DNA from: Piromyces finnis finn
Lineage: Eukaryota; Fungi; Neocallimastigomycota
DNA length: 64,000 nucleotides
Reading direction: 5' to 3'
Assembly (NCBI GenBank): GCA_002104945.1
Contig: MCFH01000082.1
Coordinates: 120,886-184,885 of the forward strand
Every line of letters starts with the position of its first letter. Position 1 is the stretch's first letter. The position numbers and the translations under genes were made by a program. The notes below the pieces were generated by a model that saw only the letters and a program-made list of their open reading frames with translations, did not search any database and was not told where the DNA came from. This document shows, in pieces, positions 30,384-43,238 of the stretch.

Positions 30384-32352
30384 ATAGTAGTAGTTTTCGA
30401 ACCTGTATCCGAATTTCTTCTTTATCTTATCCTTTCGATATCGACGCTAGCAATGGTTAGAGCAATGCTGTACTTATACAAATCAATCCTTGTATTTAAA
30501 GTCGCAAACAAATCACAATTAACATTATATTAGTAAGGAATTCTTCAAACTCCATAACATTAGGATATAAGAAAGAAGATTTTCGAAAAGGAAATTGAAA
30601 AATAATAATTAATCATTTTTTTTCCTCTTAACTAAATGTTTAATATAGTATTTCTGCCCGAGAAGAAAGTTAAGATTGTCTTCAAAAACAATTTTTAGAA
30701 TCATCCGAAATATTCAACAATTTTTCGTGAGCAATCAATGAAATAATTAATGAAAGTTAATCATCTACAAAATGAATGAACTAGTTTCTGAATTCATCAA
30801 ATTTTGAATAGGACAATATTCTATAAATAAAACTAGGAACATTATTAATAATATCATAACAAGAATAAACGTTGGTATGGGATGTCTGACACAAGGTTTC
30901 TTTTTAATAAAACTCTTCACATTCAAAAAACTTCAAGTGTAATATGTGTGAATTGAATTTATATATGAATTTTTTTTTTTTTAAATCCGTATTTATATTT
31001 ATTGTATCTTTTAGATTTATGGTCACTCATTAATTTGAAAAAGTCATTTTTCCCATTAGAATTTACTGATTTACTTTATATGTTTACTTTTATTAATCAT
31101 TTCTGGTGGTTCATGTATCATTGTCAGAATATTATTATTAACTAAATGGGCAATAATAAAAGAGGATTTTTTTTTTTTTTTTATTAGTTGAAACAATAAT
31201 TCTAAGCATTACTTAAAAAAAAAAATTAAAAAAGAATAAATTAACCACAAAATTAATTTTTAACTATTCATTTTCAAAATGAATGATTTCAATTTAAAAA
31301 ATTCATTAAATAACATTCCAAGATAGGTATATAGGAAAAAAAAAAAAAAAAAAAAAAAAAAAAGAATGGAGACACCATTATAACATTTGTTTTTATAGCA
31401 CAATAAAGAGAATAAAGAGTCGAAACATATTTCTTTTTTATATTTTTTTATTTACTTTTTAAAAAAATTACATAAAAATAATAATGGTTATATTCTTTAA
31501 AAAAAAAAAAAAAGTTTTTAAGATAAAATGAGTAAAAATAATAAAATATAAAATATAAAAAAAATACTTATTCTTCCTGTGTGCTAATACTTTGAATATT
31601 TTTCTCTACATAATTAAAAAAAAAAAATACTAATTATAAATATAAAACTTTGTTTTCTAATGTTTCCTTTTATCTTTTACAAAAAAAAAAAAAATAAAAA
31701 TAAATTATAATTAGTTTAATTGTTTTTTTTTTTTTTTTTTTTTTTTTTATCTTGTTTTTTATTTTATTTGTAAATATTTTTTTTTATTATTTTAACTTTT
31801 TTGTCCTTCATTTTGAGATAAATTTTAGAAACATTAAAAAATATTAACATTTAAAACAAAAAAAAAGAAAGAAGTAAAATTGCATTTAATAGTTTTTCTT
31901 TTCTTTAATATATTTTATATATATAACTTTCTATCAAATGCTTCTTTTTTATATATAAAAAAATCTTTCTTTTTAACTTTACCTCAAAAAATATGTACAT
32001 ATTTATTTATTTATTGGTAATAATAATAAAATATTAAAATATCCAAACGATTTCTTATATTGAAACTATTATTCCAAAATACATATATATATATACATTG
32101 TCAATTTCCTTTTTTTTTTTTTTTTTTAACTTTAAATGATTTTTCTTCTATAGATTTTTTAATTATTTTTATAAAATATAAATGAGTTATAGGAATAGTT
32201 AAAAATAAATATAGATTAATTTGATTTTGATTAGTTTATGCTTTTATTTATATTGATAAAAATAATTTGTAATAATAATTCACTATATAATATATGATAT
32301 AAAAAGTTAAAAAGTTATGATTTGATAATAATATTTAATAATTTTTATATAT

Positions 32353-35300
32353 TTAAACTTGTTGATATTTAACATCAACGTTTTTGTTATTTTTAATTTG
32401 TTTTTTGATTTGACGGTAGTATTTATAGGCGAAGCATCCAAGAACTAAAGCAAGTAAACCGGATTTACCATATACATACATATTAGTCTTCAAATCATTT
32501 AATTCACCAATTGTTTCAACAGCGTTTGGTAATGCGTTTGTGATTATTGCGTCATTAATTGAATCCCTCTTAGTAAGAATTTGTCCATCAATTTCTTCAA
32601 GTTCTTTTTCACCCATAGCTCTGAGTTTATTAACAACAAAGGATGGAGCACCAGCGGCTTCAGCTAAATCAGCAGCTCCTGCTAAAGTATAATCTCTACC
32701 TTGAGCTTCAGCTCTAGCTTGTGATTCTCTAGCCTTTTCAACTGCGAAATCTGGAGCTCCAAAAGCCTTAGCAATCTTACCAATATCAAAACCACTAAGA
32801 TCTCTCTTCTTAAGACCCTTTTGTCTGTTAATTTCTTCAAGTTCCTTTTCACCCATAGCTCTAAGTTTTTCAACAACAAAAGATGGAGCACCAGCAGCTT
32901 CAGCTAAATCAGCAGCACCAGCAATAGTAAGAGTTCTACCTTGAGCTTCGGCTCTAGCTTGTGATTCTCTAGCTTTTTCAATAGCAAATTCTGGAGCACC
33001 TAAGGATTCAGCAATCTTACCAATGTCATAACCTTGATAATCTCTCTTAGTAAGAATTTGTCCATCAATTTCTTCAAGTTCCTTTTCGCCCATAGCTCTA
33101 AGTTTTTCAACAACAAAAGATGGAGCACCAGCAGCTTCAGCTAAATCAGCAGCTCCTGCTAAAGTATAATCTCTACCTTGAGCTTCAGCTCTAGCTTGTG
33201 ATTCTCTAGCCTTTTCAACTGCGAAATCTGGAGCTCCAAAAGCCTTAGCAATCTTACCAATATCAAAACCACTAAGATCTCTCTTCTTAAGACCCTTTTG
33301 TCTGTTAATTTCTTCAAGTTCCTTTTCACCCATAGCTCTAAGTTTTTCAACAACAAAAGATGGAGCACCAGCAGCTTCAGCTAAATCAGCAGCACCAGCA
33401 ATAGTAAGAGTTCTACCTTGAGCTTCGGCTCTAGCTTGTGATTCTCTAGCTTTTTCAATAGCAAATTCTGGAGCACCTAAGGATTCAGCAATCTTACCAA
33501 TGTCATAACCTTGATAATCTCTCTTAGTAAGAATTTGTCCATCAATTTCTTCAAGTTCCTTTTCGCCCATAGCTCTAAGTTTTTCAACAACAAAAGATGG
33601 AGCACCAGCAGCTTCAGCTAAATCAGCAGCTCCTGCTAAAGTATAATCTCTACCTTGAGCTTCGGCTCTAGCTTGTGATTCTCTAGCCTTTTCAACTGCG
33701 AAATCTGGAGCTCCAAAAGCCTTAGCAACCTTACCAATATCAAAACCACTAAGATCTCTCTTCTTAAGACCCTTTTGTCTGTTAATTTCTTCAAGTTCCT
33801 TTTCGCCCATAGCTCTAAGTTTTTCAACAACAAAAGATGGAGCACCAGCAGCTTCAGCTAAATCAGCAGCACCAGCAATAGTAAGAGTTCTACCTTGAGC
33901 TTCGGCTCTAGCTTGTGATTCTCTAGCTTTTTCAATAGCAAATTCTGGAGCACCTAAGGATTCAGCAATCTTACCAATGTCATAACCTTGATAATCTCTC
34001 TTAGTAAGAATTTGTCCATCAATTTCTTCAAGTTCCTTTTCGCCCATAGCTCTAAGTTTTTCAACAACAAAAGATGGAGCACCAGCAGCTTCAGCTAAAT
34101 CAGCAGCTCCTGCTAAAGTATAATCTCTACCTTGAGCTTCGGCTCTAGCTTGTGATTCTCTAGCCTTTTCAACTGCGAAATCTGGAGCTCCAAAAGCCTT
34201 AGCAACCTTACCAATATCAAAACCACTAAGATCTCTCTTCTTAAGACCCTTTTGTCTGTTAATTTCTTCAAGTTCCTTTTCACCCATAGCTCTAAGTTTT
34301 TCAACAACAAAAGATGGAGCACCAGCAGCTTCAGCTAAATCAGCAGCACCAGCAATAGTAAGAGTTCTACCTTGAGCTTCGGCTCTAGCTTGTGATTCTC
34401 TAGCTTTTTCAATAGCAAATTCTGGAGCACCTAAGGATTCAGCAATCTTACCAATGTCATAACCTTGATAATCTCTCTTAGTAAGAATTTGTCCATCAAT
34501 TTCTTCAAGTTCCTTTTCGCCCATAGCTCTAAGTTTTTCAACAACAAAAGATGGAGCACCAGCAGCTTCAGCTAAATCAGCAGCTCCTGCTAAAGTATAA
34601 TCTCTACCTTGAGCTTCGGCTCTAGCTTGTGATTCTCTAGCCTTTTCAACTGCGAAATCTGGAGCTCCAAAAGCCTTAGCAACCTTACCAATATCAAAAC
34701 CACTAAGATCTCTCTTCTTAAGACCCTTTTGTCTGTTAATTTCTTCAAGTTCCTTTTCACCCATAGCTCTAAGTTTTTCAACAACAAAAGATGGAGCACC
34801 AGCAGCTTCAGCTAAATCAGCAGCACCAGCAATAGTAAGAGTTCTACCTTGAGCTTCGGCTCTAGCTTGTGATTCTCTAGCTTTTTCAATAGCAAATTCT
34901 GGAGCACCTAAGGATTCAGCAATCTTACCAATGTCATAACCTTGATAATCTCTCTTAGTAAGAATTTGTCCATCAATTTCTTCAAGTTCCTTTTCGCCCA
35001 TAGCTCTAAGTTTTTCAACAACAAAAGATGGAGCACCAGCAGCTTCAGCTAAATCAGCAGCTCCTGCTAAAGTATAATCTCTACCTTGAGCTTCAGCTCT
35101 AGCTTGTGATTCTCTAGCCTTTTCAACTGCGAAATCTGGAGCTCCAAAAGCCTTAGCAACCTTACCAATATCAAAACCACTAAGATCTCTCTTCTTAAGA
35201 CCCTTTTGTCTGTTAATTTCTTCAAGTTCCTTTTCGCCCATAGCTCTAAGTTTTTCAACAACAAAAGATGGAGCACCAGCAGCTTCAGCTAAATCAGCGG

Positions 35301-35766
35301 CACCAGCAATAGTAAGAGTTCTACCTTGAGCTTCGGCTCTAGCTTGTGATTCTCTAGCCTTTTCAATAGCAAATTCTGGAGCACCTAAGGATTCAGCAAT
35401 CTTACCAATGTCATAACCTTGGTAATCTCTCTTTTCATGTTTAATGAAATCATTATTGGTTATTTTACTCATTATTGTGTAGTTAATAGCATTAGTCATA
35501 AAATTGAAGAAATTGAAAATGACATCTGAGAACATAACTATGCAATATTGACCAATAGACTTAATATCCTTCTTACTAGTACCATAAAGGAAAAGAATTG
35601 AAGAAGTAGTAAGAATAATGTTTTCAATTAAATTAGAAGTGAAAAATTGATTAAATGAAATTCTTAATAAATTGTATACACAGAAAAGAATAGATGATAT
35701 TTGAAGACCCTTTTCTAATGGGGTTTTATACTGTTTTTGATTTTCTGTAATGTTTGTCTTTTCCAT
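32353..35766 (-). CDS. Putative 4-TM membrane protein with 12 KR-delimited tandem repeats (Kex2-processed repeat protein-like)
   Basis: 113-aa hydrophobic N-terminus ending in KR; 6 x (80 aa + 79 aa) units, each ending in KR (477-bp period); 70-aa tail with a TM segment and terminal YQQV. Confidence 0.9.
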   Translation of the reverse strand: MEKTNITENQKQYKTPLEKGLQISSILFCVYNLLRISFNQFFTSNLIENIILTTSSILFLYGTSKKDIKSIGQYCIVMFSDVIFNFFNFMTNAINYTIMSKITNNDFIKHEKRDYQGYDIGKIAESLGAPEFAIEKARESQARAEAQGRTLTIAGAADLAEAAGAPSFVVEKLRAMGEKELEEINRQKGLKKRDLSGFDIGKVAKAFGAPDFAVEKARESQARAEAQGRDYTLAGAADLAEAAGAPSFVVEKLRAMGEKELEEIDGQILTKRDYQGYDIGKIAESLGAPEFAIEKARESQARAEAQGRTLTIAGAADLAEAAGAPSFVVEKLRAMGEKELEEINRQKGLKKRDLSGFDIGKVAKAFGAPDFAVEKARESQARAEAQGRDYTLAGAADLAEAAGAPSFVVEKLRAMGEKELEEIDGQILTKRDYQGYDIGKIAESLGAPEFAIEKARESQARAEAQGRTLTIAGAADLAEAAGAPSFVVEKLRAMGEKELEEINRQKGLKKRDLSGFDIGKVAKAFGAPDFAVEKARESQARAEAQGRDYTLAGAADLAEAAGAPSFVVEKLRAMGEKELEEIDGQILTKRDYQGYDIGKIAESLGAPEFAIEKARESQARAEAQGRTLTIAGAADLAEAAGAPSFVVEKLRAMGEKELEEINRQKGLKKRDLSGFDIGKVAKAFGAPDFAVEKARESQARAEAQGRDYTLAGAADLAEAAGAPSFVVEKLRAMGEKELEEIDGQILTKRDYQGYDIGKIAESLGAPEFAIEKARESQARAEAQGRTLTIAGAADLAEAAGAPSFVVEKLRAMGEKELEEINRQKGLKKRDLSGFDIGKIAKAFGAPDFAVEKARESQARAEAQGRDYTLAGAADLAEAAGAPSFVVEKLRAMGEKELEEIDGQILTKRDYQGYDIGKIAESLGAPEFAIEKARESQARAEAQGRTLTIAGAADLAEAAGAPSFVVEKLRAMGEKELEEINRQKGLKKRDLSGFDIGKIAKAFGAPDFAVEKARESQARAEAQGRDYTLAGAADLAEAAGAPSFVVNKLRAMGEKELEEIDGQILTKRDSINDAIITNALPNAVETIGELNDLKTNMYVYGKSGLLALVLGCFAYKYYRQIKKQIKNNKNVDVKYQQV

Positions 35767-38700
35767 GTCTGGATTTTATTGATTTAATTTATATATTAAT
35801 GTGATATAGGTAATCATTTAATTGAAATTTTAACAATTTTACAAAGAATTATTATTTTTATATTTTCAAGTTTATATATTATTATTATATTTTATAATAT
35901 AGAAAATAAAAAAATTCATTATAAATAATTAATATATAATTAAAAAAATATTTTATTTTTTTAGTTTTTATTATTCAATTCTACTCTATTTAAAGTAATT
36001 CTACTTTACCTAAGAATGATTATTAATGTATATTAATTGTAATACTTTTCAAAAAAAATATTGGATAATAATGATAAATTAATTGTTTTTTTTTTTAAAA
36101 AGTAAATAAAATAATCTTTATTTACTTTTTTATTTAGAAATTTATTAAATTTATAATATGTTTTGATTAACTATTTAAAATATTATAGGATATTTAAAAA
36201 AAAAAAAAAAAAAAAATTAGTTTATTGCTTTTTCTTTTGTTTTCTGCTTATATTTATTTTATTGATTTTTACTCTATTTAAAAAAAGATTGTTTTCTATT
36301 TTCTTTTTTAATCTAATTTGATTAATTTACTTTTGTTTTTTTTTTTTTTTGTTTGTTTGTTTTTTTGTTTTTTTTTTTATTGTCATTATTATTATTTTAT
36401 TTACTTTGATTTTTAAATTTGTGATTTATTATCAAATCATTAAAAAAATCAGATGGAGCATCAATAAAAAAAAAAACAATTGATTATATAAAGATTACTC
36501 TCTTCTAATTAAGACAAAAAAAAAAAAAGTTGGACAAAAAAGTATAATTTAGAGAATTATTTCCCATAAAACACCATAAAATTGGTTTAAAAAGTGGTGT
36601 ACAATTTAATTAATTAAATAATAAAAAAAACTTTATATATAAATGACTAATTTTTTTATTTATATTAATAATTTTAAGTGGTTTTATCTAAAAACCTTAT
36701 TTAATATAATTATTAAATATTCTTTTTTTAAAATTAAGTTGTTACCAAACTTTATTTCATAATTATTTATAAACTGAATAAGAAAAAAGGATCTAATCAA
36801 TAATAAATATGCTATGGCTTTTTTTAATTTTTAATCATATGTTTTTCATGTTATCACACTAAATTTATGAAATAAAAACATATATTTCCCAATAAAAAGT
36901 CTGTAAAGTTTCCAATTTGTTTAATTTTTATTCACCAAAAAAAAATGTAACCAAATTTAGTATATTTAATAATTAATTTAAAACTTTATTTATTATAAAA
37001 TTTAGTTATGAATTTTTAAAAAACTTTAATTATAATAAATTAAATGAAAAAGATTTTTATACATAAAACCTCCAACAAAAATAATTCATTCTTAATACTT
37101 TCTTCTTTCCTTATAAAAAATAATGATAGATAGCAATTATTAAATTTATATTAACCGTAATGAATGTATTAGTATATTAAAGTATATTTGATGATCTATC
37201 ACTTATTAAGCATTATTTATTTTTATGTATCTTATATTTTAAAATAATATTCATATCATATCATTAATTATGTAAATGTATACATATATAAAATATAAAT
37301 TATGAACTGTGTGACAATACTTTAAAATCAAGCCACATAAAGAAATTTTCCACAACATTTCTATTTGGTTTACATAAAATATTAAAATGGCATTTATTAT
37401 ATAATCTAATTAATATAATTGAAGTTAATATTAATTAATATATTATTTATTAAAATATATAATATCTAATTATATATTTTAATATTTTGGTAACAAATCC
37501 ACTTGAAAAATAATTTATTAAATAAAGTTACAATAAAAAGTAATTTATATTAATATATGTTATAATATATATATAGTACAATAAAGAAATATATAAAATA
37601 TATTAAATTTTTCAAATTTCTTAAGAATGTTCATATAAAGATTATTGATAAGCAGTATTAAAAAGTTTTACAATTTTAATTCTATTTCCTATTTAAATTG
37701 AATTTATATATTACATTCTAATATATATTAAAATTTTCTTTTATGAATTGTTTTTCATAAAAAATTGTAACATCCTAAATGATCCAATAAATAAATAAAT
37801 GTTGTGTAACATTAAATAAAATAAATTTACTATTAATTAATTAGTTTCATATTTTTTAGTGAAATATCTTAATTTGAAATATATGATGTTGTAGGTTAAG
37901 TTATTAAAAGAAATAGCCAGAAAGATTAGGACATTCTAATATAAAAAAATTAAAATTAATAATTAATGAATAAGCATTTAATAAGAAACTATTAGGAAAA
38001 AATTTATTTTTTCAAGCTTCCCTTTCTTGTTTTTTTTTATTATTCTTTGTTTCAAATTATTTCACCTAAAAAATCTTTTCATAAAAAGGTAAAAATATAA
38101 AACATAAATATATTAAATCCTAATCTTTTATATAAATCGATTTTCTTTAATTCATTAATATGAAACATTTTTATTAAAATAATTAATAAATTAACTTTTA
38201 TTTTATTGTACTACATTTATAAAATTCATTACATTTATTGTAAGTTGTTACTACATTTTATATTGTAATGTATTTGATTAATGTAAAATAAAATTACACT
38301 AGAATTTTTTATTTAACTATTATTATATTTATTCATTTACTTTAAAATTATAATATTATAAGATTAGATTATACAATTAAGCAAAAAATTAAAGATTCAA
38401 AAAAAAAAAAGAAATATAAGTAAGGAAAAAATGAAAATAACTTAATGAATGATATAGTATTATTCTTAATAAATACTTTATTGATTAAAAATGAAATAAG
38501 TTTACCAATATTAAAGTAAAAAAAAAATAACTATACCATAATGATATATATAAAAAATATTAGGTTATATTCAAATTTAGATTTTATTGAAATTTTTTCT
38601 TTTTTTTAAATTCAAATTTCTTTTTATATTCATATCAGTAGGTATTTGTGGGAAAATAGTTTAAAAATTAATTAAGTAGTATACTTTATTCATAACTATA

Positions 38701-39238
38701 TAATTATTATATACATACATTTATTATTTAGTAGGCATCATTTATTTTCATTTACAATAATGGTAAAAATTATGTTACTTCTTGGCTAATGTATATAAAA
38801 AATAATAATATTTTAATGATAAACTTTTGAAAAAAAAAAAAAAAAAAAAAAAAAAAGATAAAAATATTAACTATACAAACATATAGTATTATCAGTATTG
38901 GATTGATTTTATTAAATTCATTGACAGATTTTTAATAAATAATTAAAAGAAATATATCTAATAAATAAATAAAAAAATAATACCATACAATAATAATGTT
39001 GTTAGTTATAACAAAGACATAAAAACTATTAAAAAGTACTGAAAAATGTATATTAAATAATACTTTATATATGAAGTGTTATGAGTTTAAAAGTGGGAAA
39101 TAGTAATAGTAATAGCAATCGGTAAAAGTATAAAAGATCGTTTTTAATATTTCAATTAAAAGAAATTGTTTTTTTTACAAACTTTCCAAAAAAAAAAAAA
39201 AAAAAAGAAAATTTTATTAATTTTTATTATTAAAAAAA

Positions 39239-40221
39239 TGTAAAAGTTTAAGGATAACTAGGTTAGAAAAAAATAATATTTTATTAAAATAATCTTAATT
39301 TGTTTAAAGCGAATAATTGAATGTTTTAGTTATTAAAGTTATTTCTTTGTTAAATAATGTATTAATAAATTTATAAAATAAGATTATTTATTCATAAAAT
39401 TTTTTTAAATATTATTTATTAATAATATTTAATAATAATTGTTAAGTATTATTTATTATTAGTATTAATATTAATAATAATCTTTAGAATTAAACTCATA
39501 AAATATTCTAATCTATTTATACTACTTGTAAATTTATATTTAATAATACTAAAACTTAAACTTAAGCCTTATTCATAATTATTAAATTAAGTATTGTTTA
39601 TAATATTAATAATATTAATTACTATTTAATTATAATATAATTCATTGAATATAATTATAATAGTTATAATCTTTGAATTCAAAGATAATGAAATATCTTA
39701 TTGAAATAATTGTTATAAAATAAAAATAATTAGTTCCGGATAATATTTTTAATTTAATTAAAACATTAATTTTTATCGTTGGGTAAATGATTTATGTTTG
39801 ATACATCAGGATTGATTACTAAATAAACAATTAATCATCAATAACAAAATATCTTTAAATTGGAATATATCGTGAACCAGAAGAGATATCAACCTAATTT
39901 AAGATATATTATTGATATTTTGAGAGTGGCTTTCTAATGAACCCATTTTTATCCAACTCACTCTTATCCAAAAATCGCTATTCGTTGTAGAGTTATAATT
40001 GTTTTTTGTTATTAAATTATGACCTTCAGGGTTAAAGTTATTTATTATAAAGATTCCTATGGGTTAAGGTCATGTTACTTGAATTTTTAATTTTTTTTAT
40101 ATCCTTCAATATTGTTTTATATTTTTTAAAATTTGATAATAATTAATTTTTTTTTATTTTAAAAGGAATTTCAAAATTTCAAGTGATCTTGAGATTGCAG
40201 ATTCCACTATTATCCGTGACA
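39239..40221 (-). mobile_element. Solo LTR, family D (983 bp), TSD AAAAA
   Basis: Termini TGTAAAAG and CCGTGACA; reverse-complement homolog of 55429-56558; AAAAA at 39234-39238 and 40222-40226. Confidence 0.8.
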
Positions 40222-40275
40222 AAAAAACATCATGCATTACGGTCGTTAAAATAAAAATAGTACGTAAAAATTTTA

Positions 40276-41418
40276 TGATGCGTTGACCGATATATTTGTG
40301 AATAATATAATGTTTTTAATAAATAATAAATTCTATATTATAATGATGAAACAATAAATTTAAAATAAAATAAAATATGTTTTATAATTAACAAATAAAT
40401 CACTCAAAACTCGAAAATAAACTCTTATTATGTTTTAAATTAAATCTTTATTATATTTTATAATTTATTTATTATCTGTTTATGGTCTTTTTATTCTCTA
40501 TTTATTGTCCCCCCTTTATAAAGAAGAATTTTATCTTCCTTTTATACATTTTCATTTATTACATGTATTATTATTTTTAACTATTAAATGTTATTATTAC
40601 TATTGTTATTATTTATTAAAATTAAAAGAATAAATTAAAATTATGTCTTAGTATTATAAAATATTATAGAATATTACTTATTTGATTTTCTTATTACTTC
40701 AAAATGTTTAAATTTAGAAAAATTATTATAAATTATCATTGACTATCATTAAATGTATAATACCTTGAATAAAATAATTAAAATTTAAAATTAAAATAAT
40801 ATTAAAATAAAATTAAAATAAAATTAAAATAAAAATTTAACAAAATTAAAATATTAAAAGTATCAATTATTATAAACACTCATTTTATACAGAAACATAA
40901 AAGAGTTCTGTATTTTATCTTTGGAATTGTTATTATTGTTCTATTTCCAGGTTTTAAGTTTATCATTTTAGTAATAATTACTCAATTAGTTATTTTTTTA
41001 ATTTATAAGTTTAAGAGTATTTCTAAAGAACACTTGGATAAACACTAGAATTAATAATTTGATGTATATCATTTTATTTTTAGTTTATTTATTCATTTTT
41101 ATTTATTTATTATTATTTTATTATTTTAGTACATTATTGGATTAAGTCGTTTTATTTTATTTAATAATTTATTTTATTTAATAATTTATTTTATTTAATA
41201 ATTTATTTTATTATTATCACTATTAGGTCGTTTTTACTCAGAATTTATTATATAATAAAGATAATATTATTTATTTAAAGAAAGGGTTATATTTTCATAA
41301 AATTATTATTCATTCATCTTTAAGGGTTATTATTGTTTATTTTTATTATAAGTTACTATGGGTTAAGTCGTGTTTATTCAGCTAGTTTTTATCATGTTTT
41401 TATGTGAGTAGCGTATCA
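40276..41418 (-). mobile_element. Solo LTR, family A, TSD TTTA
   Basis: Reverse complement of 3032-4149 (near-identical over ~850 bp, more diverged at the U5 end); TTTA at 40272-40275 and 41419-41422. Confidence 0.9.
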
Positions 41419-41569
41419 TTTATGATAAATAATAATTATAAATATATTATACATTTGATATTAGTAGAAAATTTTATTATAAAATAATTATTAAATAATT
41501 TTATATAGTTTATTATAAAAATATAATTTACATAAAATCAAATATTTTATAAATTTATATATTTGATTG

Positions 41570-41573
<4 letters not shown>

Positions 41574-41621
<48 letters not shown>

Positions 41622-41755
41622 TTCCGAGTGCATTTCTCCCATCGATCAGAGTTAGCTCCAATGGTGGTTCTTAGAGAAACGTTGGCTCATTCCTATTGCT
41701 AGGTGGTTGTGACCCTCCTGGTCTGTCATACTGTTTCTTCAGCTTCGACGCTCAC
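41574..41755 (-). mobile_element. Short poly(A)-tailed retroposed insert (137-nt body plus ~45-nt poly(A)) with a 13-bp TSD
   Basis: ATTTGATTGGGTT at 41561-41573 and 41756-41768; the uninterrupted LTR B copies have this site once. Confidence 0.88.
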
Positions 41756-42185
41756 ATTTGATTGGGTTAAATTATAAAAATAATTTTTAATATAATAATA
41801 TTTTTTAGTAGAAAATGAGAAGACTTAGATTATTAATAATAAGTTAAATTTTAATAATAGTTAATATAATTAATTAGTGAATACATAATAATATTTAAAA
41901 GACAAAAATAAGTTTTTATATAATAAAAATTATTGTTAAAAAGAGCGTAAGAACAATAAATAAAAGAAAATATAAAAACGAAATTAAACTTGTCTAATTT
42001 GTAATTATTGTGTTAATAATAAATAATATTTTATAGAATAAATCTGGTGTTATTATTCTATATAAATATTATTAAAATAATAAAACTATTAAAATTATAA
42101 AACAAATTAAATATATTAAATAAAACTAGTAGATATTGTTAAAGCTCGTACAATAGCTGTCGAGATAAAACAATATAAGATAACA

Positions 42186-43183
42186 TGTTAAGTTTTTGGA
42201 TTTGGTTATGCGGCCAGGTCAGAATGTTATCAATTATATAGTAAATATGTTTTTTAAGAAATTAAATTTAAATATAAAATAACCCTTTAAACTTCCAAAT
42301 GAGAAATTAATATTTATTCTTTAGAATAACTTTTTTTATAAAATTTTATTTATTTATTAATAATAATATAAATGATAATATATTTAATAACTATATAATT
42401 AAGATTATAACTATAATCTTTACAAAGAATTAAAATCGAATTCAATTCATTCTATTTTATATTCTTTGTTCAGATTATTAAATTGATAAAAATAAAGTAT
42501 TACATGTAATATGTTAATAATATAATAAGATTGTTTGTTTGTTTGTTTGTTTGTTTTGTCATGACATAAAATAAAATAAACATATGATTAATCATTTAAA
42601 CACTTGATCCATTAACCTATTTTATAATAATTAAAATTATTTAATTTATAAATGTTAACCGTTACACCTAAATGGTTTAGTTCTATTTTTAGTAACAGTC
42701 ACTATCATTAATTAAATTAATATAATTAGAATTTCTATTGATATCTTTTTAATTTTCGTCAAGTCATAAGAAATGTCTATGATCCATACTTGATATCATA
42801 TTAATTTTAATTTACTTATTAAAATCTTCGAATGATCATATCTTCCTTAAATGACCTGTTAGAAGGACCGCGATTGTACCAAAATGTAGCTTTTTCCTTA
42901 AGCTTTCTAATAAACCTGGTTTCATAGCCGTATCACTTACAGCCGTAGCGATCGTTTTTGGCGAGTTACACCTTGTTTCGTGTTTGTTTATTTTTGGTTA
43001 AGGGTTATAGTGTATTGATATTAAATTTTTTGAAATCATAACCCTTTCACTGAACCAAAATTTAAAAGGTGACTTTTAAAGGTGTTTTAAAATAATTATT
43101 GGGATTATTTAATTCTAATTATTATGTTTAATTAATTATAGATATTATCTGAATTTGTTTTAAATCCAGTTAATATCTTCACA
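42186..43183 (-). mobile_element. Solo LTR, family E (E0, 998 bp), TSD TAACA
   Basis: Near-identical reverse complement of 56566-57561; TAACA at 42181-42185 and 43184-43188. Confidence 0.93.
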
Positions 43184-43238
43184 TAACAGAAGAAGTAGTT
43201 AAAAAGTTGTAATATAACTACCAATCCGTTATCATTTA

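Larger units (their letters stand above)
41423..43234 (+). mobile_element. Solo LTR, family B, TSD TTTA, carrying two nested insertions
   Basis: After removing the poly(A) insert and LTR E0 it is the reverse complement of 44908-45529; TTTA at 41419-41422 and 43235-43238. Confidence 0.92.

Noticed and set aside
30020-30900. Possible decayed coding sequence with a Thr-rich (TAG)n tract on the minus strand
   Set aside because: Short open fragments only; no family motif could be identified with confidence.
32682-35276. Six 69-aa ORFs with 477-bp spacing
   Set aside because: Alternative-frame by-products of the tandem repeat in the 1137-aa gene.
36000-39200. Long extremely AT-rich stretch upstream of the repeat-protein gene
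   Set aside because: No ORFs, repeats or structure beyond homopolymer runs; treated as ordinary intergenic DNA.
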